A stretch of DNA of 64,000 bases, from contig OZ076418.1 of NCBI GenBank assembly GCA_964187785.1, forward strand, positions 19,964,001 through 20,028,000, given 5' to 3'. The notes under the pieces are model-generated. The model saw only the letters and a program-made list of their open reading frames with translations, was not told the origin of the DNA and ran no database searches. Source of the DNA: Amphiscolops sp. MND2022. Taxonomy: Eukaryota. Positions within the stretch are counted from its first letter, which is position 1. Each line of letters starts with the position of its first letter. The position numbers and the translations under genes were made by a program. This document shows, one piece after another, positions 9,591 to 23,300 of the stretch.

Positions 9591-10500
9591 CAATATCCAT
9601 GGACAATTTGTGATGTCTTGTATCCATATAATGAAGTTGCACCTTATCACCCCAATAAGCTAAAAATCTTATCATAACGGAATTCATACCTTAACAATTT
9701 GGACAACTCCAACACACTAAAACCCATGTAAATTGGTTGATCGAAAACTATTGATCCTTTTTCTTATTTATAGACACTGAATTTGGGGTAATGATTTACA
9801 AGACCTTTGAAACTTAACTTGGATTATCTGTTTAATATTTGCTGTATTTTGGAATGATAAACGACTTCTAAATTCATATGTTGTCCTACATTTTCCATCG
9901 TCATCCCAAGGAAAGCATTGTTCATTAACTTGTACATGTTTTTTTACAAAGTTTGTTTTTGCTTTGGTGCGTTTTTTGATGTTATGATCAATGTATTTTG
10001 CTAACTATGGACTTTGCTTGAAGCGGTAGCTGGTGTACATTTTTGTTACTTTCATACCCACGTTGATGTAAAACTTCAATACTATTCCTGTGAGTTCAAA
10101 AACATTTATATTGAGGTTTTTCATATTTTCGAACTTAGGTATAGCATTAACTTCCATTGGGAATTCTAAACCTTCTAAGGTGAATTTATTAAAAAGCATT
10201 GAATATTTTGATATTTTATTTCTATTATTCTCAACCTTAAACAACTATGCTAATATACCCCATAAAAAACAAAATTGATCATCATTTTTTATTTTTATAA
10301 TTGATTGGTCATTCTTATACTTTGGTGGTAACAATATATGAAGATAAGGGCATATCTGATAAGGGCATATCTGATAAGGGCATATAAAAATTACACTTTC
10401 TACAATAATATTGATTTAATTTTTCAAGATGTTTTACTGATTTATAATGATCGGATTTGAAGAATTTTTTATAATTCAAATTACAAATACCCAATTCTCC
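9591..10500 (-). pseudogene. Protein-primed B-family DNA polymerase (pPolB) remnant with large internal deletions
   Basis: KNDDQFCFLWGILA, LEFPMEVNAIPKFE..NINVF, LKFYINVGMKVTK..FKQSP, KLMNNAF, FDQPIYMGFSVLELSKL, LHYMDT. Confidence 0.85.
10343..10386. repeat. 15-bp tandem repeat x3 (GATAAGGGCATATCT)
   Basis: Directly visible; reads MPLSD repeats in the minus-strand pPolB frame. Confidence 0.9.
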
Positions 10501-10550
10501 ATTTCTTTTTAATAAAGAAAAAATAGTTTAATAAAAAAATTTCAATAAAA

Positions 10551-11549
10551 AATTTTTCGAAAAATTGGAAGTTTTTCATTTTTCTCACCTGTGGGTTCAA
10601 GATGAGGAAAGTTGTCAGAGACATGGAAAGCCAGTTTTGCTGTAAAAGTAGTTCATATTTTGGATATCTAAACTTTTGTTCCCCTAACTTTTCACAGCAG
10701 AACCAACCAGTCTCTAGAAAAATGAGAATAATCTATTTTTTACACCTGTTTTGACAGGTGCTGATTGCTGGGTTTAGGTTATAGAAACTTTCATTTTTGA
10801 AAAAACAGTTGTCTTGTTATTGTCTATAACATTGATCACCTATGTCATTCCGCTGGGATGAGTCAGTCTCGAGAAATTGGGTAAAACCCGCTTTTTTCAC
10901 CTGTTTTGGCACCTGGTAATTAGTGGGTAGATTATATAAAAAACATTCAGAACAAATTGTGTAACTTTTGATTATCTACAATTTTTGTTTCTGTGGAGTT
11001 TGTCTAAAATCAATTCCCTATGAGATATTAAGTAAGTTATCTTTTCCCATGGATTAAGATTAGGTCTAAAAACTGATATTGAATTCAATACTGAATCAAT
11101 ACTGAACTGTTTGTGTCTGGTACTGGAAAATACTAGACAGCTCTCTCTGGTATTAGAAAATACTAGACAGCTCTGTCTGGTACACTGTCTGGTTGTTTTT
11201 TCTTTGATGTGAGTTTTCCAAAAAGTTTTAGTTTTTTTATACGTTGAATAGTGGTTATTTTTCCAACACTTGTGTTTCCACTTGAACGCATTCGGTAGTT
11301 ATTCATTTTCGATTTTTGTATTACACAACAACGCTGGCTTCACATCTTTAGATGCATTACACATTGCACCATTTTAGGTTCGTCGAATTTTTCCTTCATG
11401 GCAAATTTTTTCAATGAAAAATTTTGTTCAGTGATTTTTGATTTTGTTAAATTTTTAATTGCAAAACACGACTCATTTTTGATGATTTGTCTGGAAAATA
11501 TGCTTTTTTATTGACTGGTTTTATCAGGATCGGCTATCCATATACTACT
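10551..11549 (-). repeat. Right terminal inverted repeat of the Polinton
   Basis: Reverse complement of 338-1335; ends ...TATACTACT. Confidence 0.95.
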
Positions 11550-11555
11550 AATGCG

Positions 11556-14500
11556 ATGGTGCAACCCCTGCGGCGCAAGAATTGACTCCCCGTTTGTTTT
11601 AGAAGACACACTGACGTAAGTCGGAGAGGAGGGAGTAGTGTTCGTGGTCCTTCAAATCAAAACTGCAAGATAAAGGGTTTAAGTAAAATCACAAACAGTG
11701 ATAGGTAGGGTGGTGCTATCACATTCATGTTGCACTATGTTTCCCTTGAAAAAAATGTCAGTAAACTGCAGAGCGTAAAGAATTAGACTTAGAATCAAGC
11801 ACTGAATTTGGTTGCTTTGCACAAAACTTTCTATCAAGCACAGAGGACTCAGATGAATGTCTGAGGATGAGGTACGCAAAAGGACAGATCCCCAACTGCT
11901 GAAAGCAATTCAAAGACCAGACTTCTAATCAATCTTTTTTTAGGGGAAGAAGCGACGGGAAAACAAGCGAACAGTTTTAAAGAACACAAAAACTTGTTCA
12001 TGAAAAACGAACTAGATATCATGCAATGCAAAATAGCAAAACACCGCAAATAATTCGAACTGGAAGCTGGCTCTAGGTCACCGTGGACTAACGTGATAGT
12101 GATGGTAAAAACTGACGAGCTTCGTTTTTACTGTGACTCCCGACCGCTAAACGACGTGAGAGTGAAAAAGGCATTTTCCCATCCTAGGAGAGACAAAATT
12201 TCTGTAGGGACTGGAAGACAAAGATAGTCACTTACAGAAAAAGATAGCATTGGCATAGTATCGGCCTCCAGGCAAATACCGCTGAAGAAGCGTGATCGAC
12301 GAAAGTCCGCGTTCGTGAGTGAGCTAGGTTTATTCGAATTGCGACGCATGCCCTTCGGGCTATTCAATGAATCGGCCACGTTCCAGGTCAAGGACTAGAG
12401 CACTGCAAATGGTTCAACTGCAACAAGAAAGTGTCATTATGGCCCGTATCGACGATATGGTCATCGCAACCGAGACCATTGAGGATCACCTAGTGAAGAT
12501 TAGGGACGTATTTGAGTGTCTCAAGGAGGTCTGTAAATAGAGATGCGTGCCGAGAACTGCGATTTCTTGCGCAGTGAAAGCAAATACCTCGACGAGTAGT
12601 TTCTGCAGAAGGCATCAAGCCAAACCCAGAAGCAGCCAACAATTTCTAGCACCAGAAGCCCCGAGAAACAGAGAGGAACTGCAAAGGTTGCACGGGTTCA
12701 CAAACTGAGACTTCATCCCCTTCCACGCCGCAAAAGTTCAACATATGCAAGGGATACTGAAAAAGAATCAACATTTCTACTGGAGTGAAAAACTTGAAGC
12801 AATCAATTCAGTGAAACGAGCGTTAGCGAATGCCATTGTTTAGACAGAGCCAAACAAAAAGGGGGCGTTTTGTGTTGGACACGGAGGGAAGCCAGAGCAG
12901 CCGCAAAAGCTGGAATCTTGATCAAAAGCAAGAACACAATGGAAAACCAATCTCGCGACCCATCATTTATTCCAGTAAATCCGTAACGTAAACACAACTC
13001 AATTACATTGCCTCAAACTCAATGACATTGCTTGCCCCAAACTCAATGACATTGCTTGCCCCAAGGCTGGGAATTGTTCGCTGTATTTTGCTTCATCAAA
13101 AATTTCCAAAAAAAAAACATTGCTGGTCGAGAACTCAGGATTCGCGTGGACAGTCTAGTCCTTTCGTGGCTGAAAACATACTCAACGGACCGAGACATGA
13201 TTGGATGCTGGATGGAACATCTCTATCAAAACGCCTTGATGACGATCCATAGAGCCTGCACACAACATCAAAAAGCGTACGGCGTGATTAAAAAGTCGAA
13301 CCATTACGTGCATCAGGAAAAAGTCATCGAAGCAATACCAGAAACGAGCAAGAGATTCAGCTTCATGTCGCAGAAGGATTATATTATCTCCTCACTGTAC
13401 CTTACATAGACAAACACTGCTAACAACAGACAATCCAGTACTTCCGCCGGAAGCTCGAGCACGTCCTACCGTTCTGTTTACTTTAACCAAAAAACCAAAT
13501 CATGAAGAATCGCTAGATCCATTCAACTTTAGATACTACGCCGTGGTAACCGGAACTTCGATGTGAAACAACCGCAACAACAAGTGAGAACGCCAGACCA
13601 AATTGCATTCTTAGCGTATCATCAAAAGTGCCGATGGCATGTCCAGACAAAACCAAACGCAATCCACGGTGTTTTCAGGTTACCCACGGTGTTTCAGAAA
13701 CAAGCTGACGCACTCAGATTAGTAAGAACAGAGATACATGAACATCAATCGATCATTCGACGACACCAAGACTTACACCTAGCACCAAACGTAGATGAGA
13801 TGTTCATCTCCTAGCAATGAGGTAGCTAATCAATTATGAACAACTGAGTGACTCACTGTTCTACTTGGAGAACTTTGCAAGACGGTGCTATCATCAGAAA
13901 AAAGACTATGTCGTTGCGAACACTGATGGCTTCCTATTTGCACGTGAGACCGAGCATGATTGTCATGCAAGATCTACGTCAACATGAGACACTGTATAGC
14001 AGGTATAATGAGTCGGGACATCAAGGAGTAGCAAACTTATTAGCATTGACACAGGGGAAACACAGGTGAGATGTAGTCAACTAAATCAATTTTTGTTTGA
14101 CTTGTCAACAGACAAAACATTCCACTGGGAACCCTGGCTATCCAGTACAGAGCATCAAGAGTAGTAAGTTCATTGATTTAGTCCGGTTTCGCCATGACGA
14201 GTGCGACGTACAGAGGATATCCAAGATCACTTCGAACAATCGGTTTGCCAGCCCTGGCACCCCTGCCAGGATGCAGTCAGATAACTTAACCAATTTCACA
14301 GCAGAAACTGCACAAGAACTCATGATAGCCTCACAAATCACAAAAGGGACTTCGACGCCAGATCACACAAGAGGTGACGAAACAGGCCAAGTAGATTGAC
14401 GAAACAGGACGTTACTAATGCTGCTCAGGTTCTATAGTCAACACCTGATGGAAAATTGTGACTAACATATTGACCGAGTCTTATAAGCTTACTATTCCAC

Positions 14501-15000
14501 AAGACACACAAAGACAAACTTTTTTCTTGGGTGCTCCAGCATGGAGCTGAGAAATCAACCCCGCTCTTTTTCATTCATCCTAAATTTGCAGCGTAAGGGT
14601 TTGAATCATAGGAAGATCTGGTGGAGCACCAATTAACTAGGCAACAAGAGAATCACGGAGTCGTTCAAAAGAACTCACAACCAACATAACTGGGACAAAA
14701 ACAGAAATCTGAATTGCGGGCAGTGATTCACGCCGTAGGCAACGAAGTGTGGGTTTCATATTAATCATTCAAAATGTTGTTATCGCAAACTCATTCGCGA
14801 TTGGCATGGACCTCACGGAGCAACTTTTTTCGAGCGCCTGGCCAAACCCGTCCCAACGCAGCAAGCTTTTGGGACAATCAAAACATAGTCAGCATCGCAA
14901 TTTTGTACGTTGTGGAACGCAATGTCAAAATAACATCTGACATATCACGAGTCTCTTTCTTGACAGAACAACTGCTGGAGACGTCCTTTGAGCTGGAACC
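11556..15000 (+). pseudogene. pol: Ty3/Gypsy pol (RT, RNase H, integrase), heavily decayed
   Basis: SPWTNVIVMVKTDELRFYCDSRPLN (12078+), KSAFVSELGLFELRRMPFGLFNESATFQ (12303+), IDDMVI (~12450), ESGHQGVAN (~14010), integrase-core and GPY/F-like fragments to ~14900. Confidence 0.85.
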
Positions 15001-16029
15001 AACAAGGCTAGCCCCACCTCCTACAGTTGAAACACGCACCCTGGAGTCTCCAGAACAAACATTCCCACGCAGGCACTGCAGTAGTTTTGGATACCAGTGC
15101 CAGTCCCAGTCATTTTGTGAAGCGATCGAACAGCAGTCAAAATCAACACTACAATATTCTTCTCTCTTCCTTCAACTGGATGACATCGAGTTATAGTTTT
15201 CAGACCGAGAAGTGTACCGGAAGAATATTCACACAACATTCTAGCTACACTGAAGGGAACGTCGAAACTTTTACAACCCGTCACTCACGAATACCCTCAG
15301 CAACTTTCCATTTGTCAGTTCCCAAGCTGGGGACCTAATAAATTTAGAACCTACTGTATAGAGTAAACGTCCGGAGGATTTTGAAGGGAAAACTGAAGCA
15401 GTCATTCAGGATCCCACGGCACCTTCGTCATTCGACAGGAGTACAAGCAAACGATGCAGACAAAGGGGTCGACCTCCAAGTTGTAGGGGAGGAAAAATGT
15501 TTTCTTCGGAAAGACCCATTTCCACATCAAGTAGATGGAGCATTCGATCACGAAGAGGATCAAGAAGTCGAATACAAACTAGAACTTCTCCTGGAGCCTT
15601 AGACCCGGCAAGGACACTTCCAAACGTTCATGTGACCATATCAGAGGACCAACAAGGTTCAGTGCAAATAAAATCTCAAGCCAAACCATATCAACTGAGT
15701 CGCAACCGGGCACTTCGATATAAATGTGGAACCTGGGGTTCATGCAACTGTAGTTGTGTCAACCTATTCGAGGAAAAAACACCGGATCGAAGGTTAATCC
15801 GGTTAGCAGCTGTCCCCGCTCAATAAAAGAGAAAATGGGGTTGATCACAACAGTGAGAATCCACAGTGTAAGATCCTCGCGATCCAGGCCAGAAGGCACG
15901 AGCTTCCAGCAGTACATCATATTTTAGGAAACGACCTATTGAATTAAACAACAACTTAGCCTATATACCTTCTTTAGCTAGTTCCTACGCCATCACCCAC
16001 ATCACCTAAACAATTGTGTGGAACGAAAT

Positions 16030-18360
16030 TATCAACGTCTTTCATTCCCGCACTTTACACGTTCATCTTTTGCCTCCAGGCGATTTAAAATTGCCTAACC
16101 TGATTGGGACTTAATGTGTTCAACATCGTCAACTAAAAACAAAGATCTCTACAGTTTCACGTCTCATAACCTCTGTGCATCTATCGGCACCCTAACGCAT
16201 AACGCTGGCAACACTCTGGAAACATTCTACTTAAGATGAAATCAGTTAGACGGTTTCTTTCTTGAAAAATATTATTTCTACTTCGTGATCATTATCCAAT
16301 TCTGTTCAAATGCGCAGTCATGAATTCATCTCCTGGACTTACCTCCCTAATTTGTCCAAATTCTTTTTATTCAGTTGAACGGATTCCATTAACTATTGAT
16401 TCTTTTTCAAATTTCATTTTTTCACTTTCGCAGATTTTCCTTCACCTGCAACTGTCGACTGCTTCTATTCTCATCTGAACCTTGTAATTTGCCAAATTTT
16501 GCCATGAAAATGACACATGAATAACCTTTTCTATTACTCCTACCATTCCATAGACTGTTCAAATATCAAAAACACAGCTGAAAAAATGTGTCCGTAATCC
16601 CGCCACTGGGAATTTGAGGGTTTCGCCATACCTCTGGAAGTGGATGAAAGTTGGTCATTGTCCGGCGCCTCAACCTAATGCACGCATGAAGTTTCCGATC
16701 TCCTGAATTCATTAAAAACACAATATCTCTCCGCTTCAATGAAATTCAAATCTGTTCTTCTCACGGACGACATTGCCATTGCAAGCATTTTTCATGAATA
16801 TTTTTCATCCACCTAATCTTTCGTCTTCTCCAACTTCTTGGCATGATGTCTTCTACAGGATGTTTTTGATACTGTGACGCCAGACTCAATATATGAGAAC
16901 CTTGAGGCATTGAAATCATCTGTCGCTGTTTTCGTTCATAACATTCCACCTTAAGTGATCGAACTTTGTCCAGGGCTTTTCTCGCCTCTCTTATTTGCCA
17001 CATTCTCTTCCACCATCCACAGTCTAATTTATCCTGAAATTTGGAAAACCGCCTTTATTAAACCTCTGCAAAAATCAGATAGCAAAACTGATATAACCAA
17101 TTATCGGCCTATACTTTTACTACCCAGAAAACTTCGTTTTTTTTTAAAAAAAAAGGTATTTAAATTTTCATACAACAAACTAAACAACAAAAGTACTCCA
17201 CAACATTTCGGATTTCAATCAAGGAAGAGTGCATTCAAACATTTAATCAATTTTCAAAAGACTGTCCGATCTCAAAACTCACCTGTTCTATATGCGGTTT
17301 ATTTGGAATATGGACCAGCTTTTGACAGTGTCCAGTTCAAAACACTATTTGTCAAACTTCTTTTATTTGGACTAGATGAAAACTTTTTTCAACACTTCAG
17401 ATCCTATTTTCGTGGAAGACACCAAATTGTGCTAGTTCAAAGCCACTTATCTTACTCTTTGTCGATTTTGAGTGACGTCCCCCATGGATTAGTCTCGCGC
17501 CCTTTGTTATTTGTTGTTTTTATCAATGACATGCCCTTCATGTTCCTAGATGCTATTTCTAGGTTGTTCGCGGACAACCTGAATTGCGTATTCAATTCGA
17601 TAATCTTCGAATCAGATCTTGTACGTCTTCACTTTTGGAACATTGCAAACCGGGTGTTGGCAAACGTTCTCAAAACTAAATATCTTAGCATACGTGGTGA
17701 TGTATCAGTTTTCCTTGGTAATGATCCCTTTGAGAACATAAAGCACCAGAAAGATCATTATGAGCCACGATTTTAAACGGAAAATCGATATATCGAGGAA
17801 ACTGTTCAAGGCTCAAGTTTATTTTTCCTACTTCGAGAACACGGTTCTTTGGAATATCCCTTCTCAGTCGTTTTCAATAACTCTTTCTGCACTGTTCTGT
17901 CCGTCATCCTGTATGGTTCGCCGGATTGGCTGGCAAGTTTCACCCTACTCAAAAACTGGACTCTTTTGACAAATGCTGCTTCAAATGGACTTGTGATTCG
18001 AAGGTAACGTATGAGGAGCAGCTCGTTCATCATCATTATCTTCCAATCTCTCTCCTTATCGAAATGCGGACAGTACATTGTTTTTACTTCTAGATATTCT
18101 TGGTAACAAGTCTTTTTTTGATCCATCTAACACCCATCATTTGCAGGAAACGGAGATGACATCCTGGAGGGTTGCAACGAACTCCCTCCAACATTACGAT
18201 ACATATGCCGCAAAAGTGGAATTTATCATCAAGTGTAAAGGGTATTTTCCGTAAAACAAGAACGAACCGTATTCTAGTCAAACAGTGCAATGTGTTCATC
18301 GTGAATTTTGATGCACAGTGTAATCAGAAATTGCGGATTTTGGTCATTGAGCGTAATTAG
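16030..18360 (+). mobile_element. Decayed non-LTR retrotransposon ORF2 (APE endonuclease end plus RT; CR1/L2-like)
   Basis: GD.LP, TH.AGNTL and RDHYPI (endonuclease); WKTAFIKPLQK, NYRPI, QHFGF, AFDSV, PLLFVVFINDMP and LFADN in ORF 16955-17776. Confidence 0.85.
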
Positions 18361-18426
18361 AGATAAGTGGAAACCAGAAAGAATTTCAACCTACAATTGG
18401 CTCAAATCCGTAACTTGTATAAAGCT

Positions 18427-18586
18427 TAAATTAGTCGATGTTTGACTAGAATTCACTTTTCGAGTACTTAGAGCTATCTACCACGTAAATTAGTCAATGT
18501 TTGACTAGAATTCACTTTTCGAGTACTTAGAGCTATCTACCATGTAAATTAGTCAATGTTTGACTAGAATTCACTTTTCGAGTACT
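18427..18586. repeat. 59-bp tandem repeat x2.7
   Basis: Units start at 18427, 18486 and 18545 (TAAATTAGTCRATGTTTGACTAGAATTCAC...). Confidence 0.95.
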
Positions 18587-18614
18587 CAGAAATATCATTC
18601 ATTGAAAACGGGGA

Positions 18615-19845
18615 AAGTGATCAAAGTTTGACTACTTTACACCAAAGAAACGATACATCGTACTGCTTTCTTATTTAACAGAAACGCTTCACATTGTAAT
18701 TGCAGTCAGTAATTAGGTTGACTGTTTCACACTATTCACTTTGACTGGTTTACATGTACACTACTTTGTCTAATTTATATAATTACATGCGTGAATTCAC
18801 ATGGGTAGGAACCGAAAAGAGCCTTAACGTATGATGTTTTTAACGTACTATGTACATGTATGTTTCAGAGAATCGTCAGAAAACGCTAAATCGTCGGTAC
18901 GTCCTTTCGGGTGGCTCTCGCAACAAAAGGGTTACAAGGAGCACCCAGGTACAGTAGATATGGCTCCCGTTGGGTAATCACATGTTGAAGACAGTTTATT
19001 TCGTTTCGTGTAAATTCGACTAAACTTTTAGGTTTAGTATTTGGAATTGTTGAGTATTTTAGTCAAGTGACTGGGCGGTTTTCCCAGTTTCAACTAAGAT
19101 TAGGACGGTAATTTCTAGTCGTCACAATGAAACCCACTAACGTTCCGTAACAAATTTAATTCATCAGTGATTCAGGAAAGAACTAATTTGAAGGACATTG
19201 AAGTGCTGACAGACGCAATTCAACCCAGCAGCTTTCCTCTACATTGTACACTAGCGAACTTGCTATTGAAGTGCCCAATTTTGGAAGCTTTTGTGGAGCG
19301 GGCGTTTAGCAAACACAAACTCTTTCATAGCAAATTCCGAGCGAGTTTGTCTGATGGAAAACTCAATGACCAATTGTTTATCCGCTATAATTTTGCAAAA
19401 GTATTGAAAATTGAACAAACTTCGAATTTTCAACAAGTTGAAAATGAAGTTTCTTCATGGATATATGTTTCTGGTGATAGTGAGAACGAATAATACAAGT
19501 TATGCGAAATAAAAATTCTTTTGATATAATTTTTAAAGAGTGCTGGCATAATCATATTTCCTAATCAAAATCACTAACGTACACACTTTGCCAAAGTGAA
19601 TTCCAGTCAAAATGTGTACCAGGTTAGAAAGAAAATGGTGAATGCTTCACAGTGAAAACAGTCAAAGTAATCACTAGCTTACACACTTTGATTGTTTTTC
19701 ACTTTGGAAGTGAATTCCAGTCAAATTGTGTGCCAGATTAAAGTGTAACACAAACAATTTCCGTCTTCGTGTGTGAAGTGGAAACCAGTCAAAGTACGTA
19801 ATCGTAGAGAGTGTAAAGTAGTCATTTGCTGTTGTTTGATCACTA
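18615..19845 (+). mobile_element. hAT-derived non-autonomous element with a transposase C-terminal dimerisation-domain remnant (19167-19493)
   Basis: FPLHCTLANLLLKCPILEAFVERAFS...SKFRASL...LFIRYN matches the hATC pattern. Imperfect inverted ends AGTGATCAAA..TGACTACTTTACAC / GTGTAAAGTAGTCA..TTTGATCACT. No TSD found. Confidence 0.65.
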
Positions 19846-20280
19846 CGCGTAACGCCAAATCACACAGTGTAACGAGCAAAACTCGTAACGCGTATCAGAA
19901 ATAATAACGCGTTTCTATTGGCTGTTAATCGAACTAGCAAGATCTTGCTAGTTCGTTGCGGCATATGTATCGTAATGAAGGTCCTTGCCATGTAACACCT
20001 GCAATAAAATTTTTTGAGAGAACTGTGAACTCATTCAACTACCTCTAACGGCGTGGAATCATAAATATCTTTGAGATAAATCACATGTCAAAAGGTTTTT
20101 GCATACTAAACCTTTCAACATTGAATCAAAATGCAGTTATTACATTTGTTGCTTGTGCAGTTTCTGCAGACACCTGTTCAATTTATGCTAACATAGAGTT
20201 TGTGTTTACATTCAATTTTTCTCAATTTTGTACTGTGCTACATTTTTGATGCTCTGAAAAAGGGAAGTGGGTATTCTGTC

Positions 20281-20286
20281 TCTCCG

Positions 20287-20327
<41 letters not shown>

Positions 20328-20349
20328 GTGTGTGTGTCTCTCTGTCTCT
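20281..20349. repeat. (CT)n/(GT)n microsatellite
   Basis: Directly visible. Confidence 0.98.
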
Positions 20350-23300
20350 ATTAAACAAGGGGTTCCATCACTAGAAGATACATCAAAGGTTATGAAGGTA
20401 CTTCACCTTCGGATTACCTCAATTAGGTGAAGAGCGGACTAGAGTTCACGGTAGGTGCAATAATTCCCCATTCTCATCATCGTTGGTTGGTCTTTAGGAA
20501 GGTAATTCCTGACGATGAAAAAGTAGAAATGATACGCTGTTTCACAAAATTACGAAAAAATTACGGCATAACATCACCTCCTGTAGATGTTCGTCATCCA
20601 TCCAAGGGTTGGTGGATATTATCCGCTTCTTTAGAGGTGATATCACCGGTGTTGCTTTGGATTTTGTCAATATGCCTGGAAAACCTGCTCGTACAGACAA
20701 ACGATACACTTGCAGTTCGAACATGAGCGCACGGCCAGTGCTTTGCACGATCTGGAAAGATCTTCTAGTGCAACTGAAAGAGGCCTAGATCACCACAGGA
20801 GGAATTTGGTTAACATCACAGCCAAGGGACAGGCCAGACTAATTACCATGATCTCATATGTCTGAAATCAACCGGAAAGGACCAGAGCACCACAGTAGAA
20901 AAATGGTTATCATCACAGCCAAGGTTCAGGCCAGCCTATTTACCGTAGATTTCATAGGATAGAACAAACTAAAAGCAGGTGGTACCCCGTCTTGTTCAAG
21001 TCATAAACGACACATTGGAACAATGACATCATCTTACGAGTTACCTGAGCGTCTAATTAACAACCATTACTGTATGATGTACTACATCTATGTTTGGTAG
21101 ACTTAAGCAATAAACTCCTGTGAATGAGGACTAAGCCGTTACGCTTTCCAAAATACGACTCTGAAAACTCAATCAACATCTTACCAACATGGTACGTCGA
21201 TTTGCGAGATAATTTTGTCGGTTCTAAACTCAACACAATCTTCCACGATAGAGTTTAAGTATCAATAGAATCAATCGTAAGAAAAAATAGCACGCGAGAA
21301 AATAAATTTAGCGGCAGTGTTTGCAGAAATTGAAGGTTAAAAAAATTATGACGCTGTTGCCTTTTCATTACCAGTTTTAACTTTTTTTCTAGTTTTATTC
21401 TGGGTTTTTTTTTCTTAAACCTGAATTGTTTCTTATTTTCAAATACCTGATGTTTCTTCTCACGATTGACAGCACTTTGTTTTTTTCGTTATTCTTGCTC
21501 AAAAATGTGGTAAAGCTCAAGTGGGTCATGTCTTTCAGTATTGTCTTGTTCCTTCAATCTCACGCGGCACTTAAATCAATATTCCAAATACATTATCTGG
21601 CCAAGTAAAGGTGCTTCAACATTCCAGTCCCGCTACGGACCCATGGTCAAGATCTTGACTGCCCGCATCCGCCACCCCATAACAAACTTTATCCCAAACA
21701 GCTCAAACTATCCCAAGGCAAGTACCTACGCATGGGTCGTACTTTGCTTCCCTGGTTTTTGGGGAGCTCAATGGCAGTGTAGATCAACTGGCATTTGTTG
21801 AAGAAAGGATTCGTTCAAGAGCCACGCAAACGCAACGAACAACAATTCCCTCTCGACCGCAGGGGAACAGCGTCTGATCACCAAAGATATGCAACCGCTA
21901 CCTGCACTGGCACCCCCGAAAAGGTCAGGACAATTGAGAAAACCAGAATTGGTATGCCACGTAAAACCCCACGGTTAGCACCAGACAGAATCCCCCATAG
22001 TTTTGAGAGAAAGTAAAAAAAGACTTGACGAGAGATGCATCTCCTTACGTAGCACTCGTTCCTCCTAGCATCAATCTGACAGAGCAAAACTCGACAAGAT
22101 ATGACACTCATTTGTGGCAATGCAGAGATTTCAATTGAGATCCCGCAACATTACAACATTACTCCCAAATTGGAAAAAAGGTGCTGCAGAACACTAGGAT
22201 TGCGTGCATCGGAGACTCCATGCTGAATGTCATGAGCAACATTATCACCATGATGTACTTTCGCGGTTTCAAACTTTGATTTCGGGATAAAAATGGCCTA
22301 CAGCACCTTCGACGAGAACAGCTTACGCCAGATCAACGACCCCAGACCACCAATGATGCTGGAAAGACCAATTTGATCGACAATCTCTGTTTCGAGAAAC
22401 TTGTTGAATCAACATTGAATGAGGAAAAATTTTGGTCAAATTCCACAAGAAGCTGGTAGCGCTTTTCAAAAGGACTGAGGAATTGAAACAGACCCGCCAT
22501 GACACCGCTGTATTCCCCATGACAATTGATTCGCAGCCAATAATGGTTTCCCTGTCACTGGCACCACTGTTGGTAATTGCCCGCGAAACAAGCTCATCTG
22601 ATCCCACAGCATGTATACCAATCTTCGTACGGGAAAGCACCGATCCCCTATTCGATCTTCTTGTACAATATTTCACAGTTTTTGGCTCCTTACGATTGCT
22701 CAGTGGGAGAATAACCACAGGACGATAAGCAGATGATTTTTCACGTAGAAGCAATGCAAAGAGCAACGAGAAGCAAAACTTAGCTTACCTTATGCCGCTG
22801 CCCTCAGCTTTTTCTACCAGGGACAAGCTCAACTGATACAGATGTTAGTGCAGGACAAAGAGTGCCCATATGTACTCAGCTTCTTGATTTTTGCTAAGGC
22901 TTAAAGGAGTTGGATGCACGCGCCGATCCACACACTTAACCCAGAGAGTGCCCTAAAACATCATGGTGTCCAACTAGATAAAAACATCGAAGTTTTAGTG
23001 CTTTTAACATAACGCCCCTCACGAGACGAGCCGGAACAAGCTGCAGCTTTTTTGTATCAGATGGAAGCTGCGGCTATAGAGTCACAGCTGTCTAGCTCCG
23101 ACAGTCAAAATTATCCCCGTTCAGAGGTGACACGCAATCTCTTTAGACCTGGTCATTCGGACTTCTAACATTCTCATAACTAAGCAGCTCCTTCTACAAC
23201 CGACTTTCCAGTCTCTTATTTCAACTCTCTCAAATCAACTCCCTATTTGTTTCTCTACTTTCTTAACAATTGAATCCATTGATGAAGAAACAATTACCCG

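Larger units (their letters stand above)
338..11549. mobile_element. Polinton/Maverick (adintovirus-like endogenous virus), internally deleted and decayed, 11,212 bp
   Basis: Begins AGTAGTATAT (338) and ends TATACTACT (11549). ~1-kb terminal inverted repeats. Flanked by AACGCG (332-337) and AATGCG (11550-11555), a 6-bp TSD with one CpG-type mismatch. Contains protease, penton, ATPase, integrase, MCP and pPolB remnants. Confidence 0.95.

Noticed and set aside
15826-16030. 3' LTR of the first Gypsy element after a purine-rich run
   Set aside because: No partner LTR in the window and no clear TG...CA boundary.
18427-18586. 59-bp repeats as a CRISPR-like array
   Set aside because: Head-to-tail units with no unique spacers, no cas genes, and a eukaryotic context.
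20200-20430. ORF with an LSLSLS run
   Set aside because: Translation of a (CT)n microsatellite.
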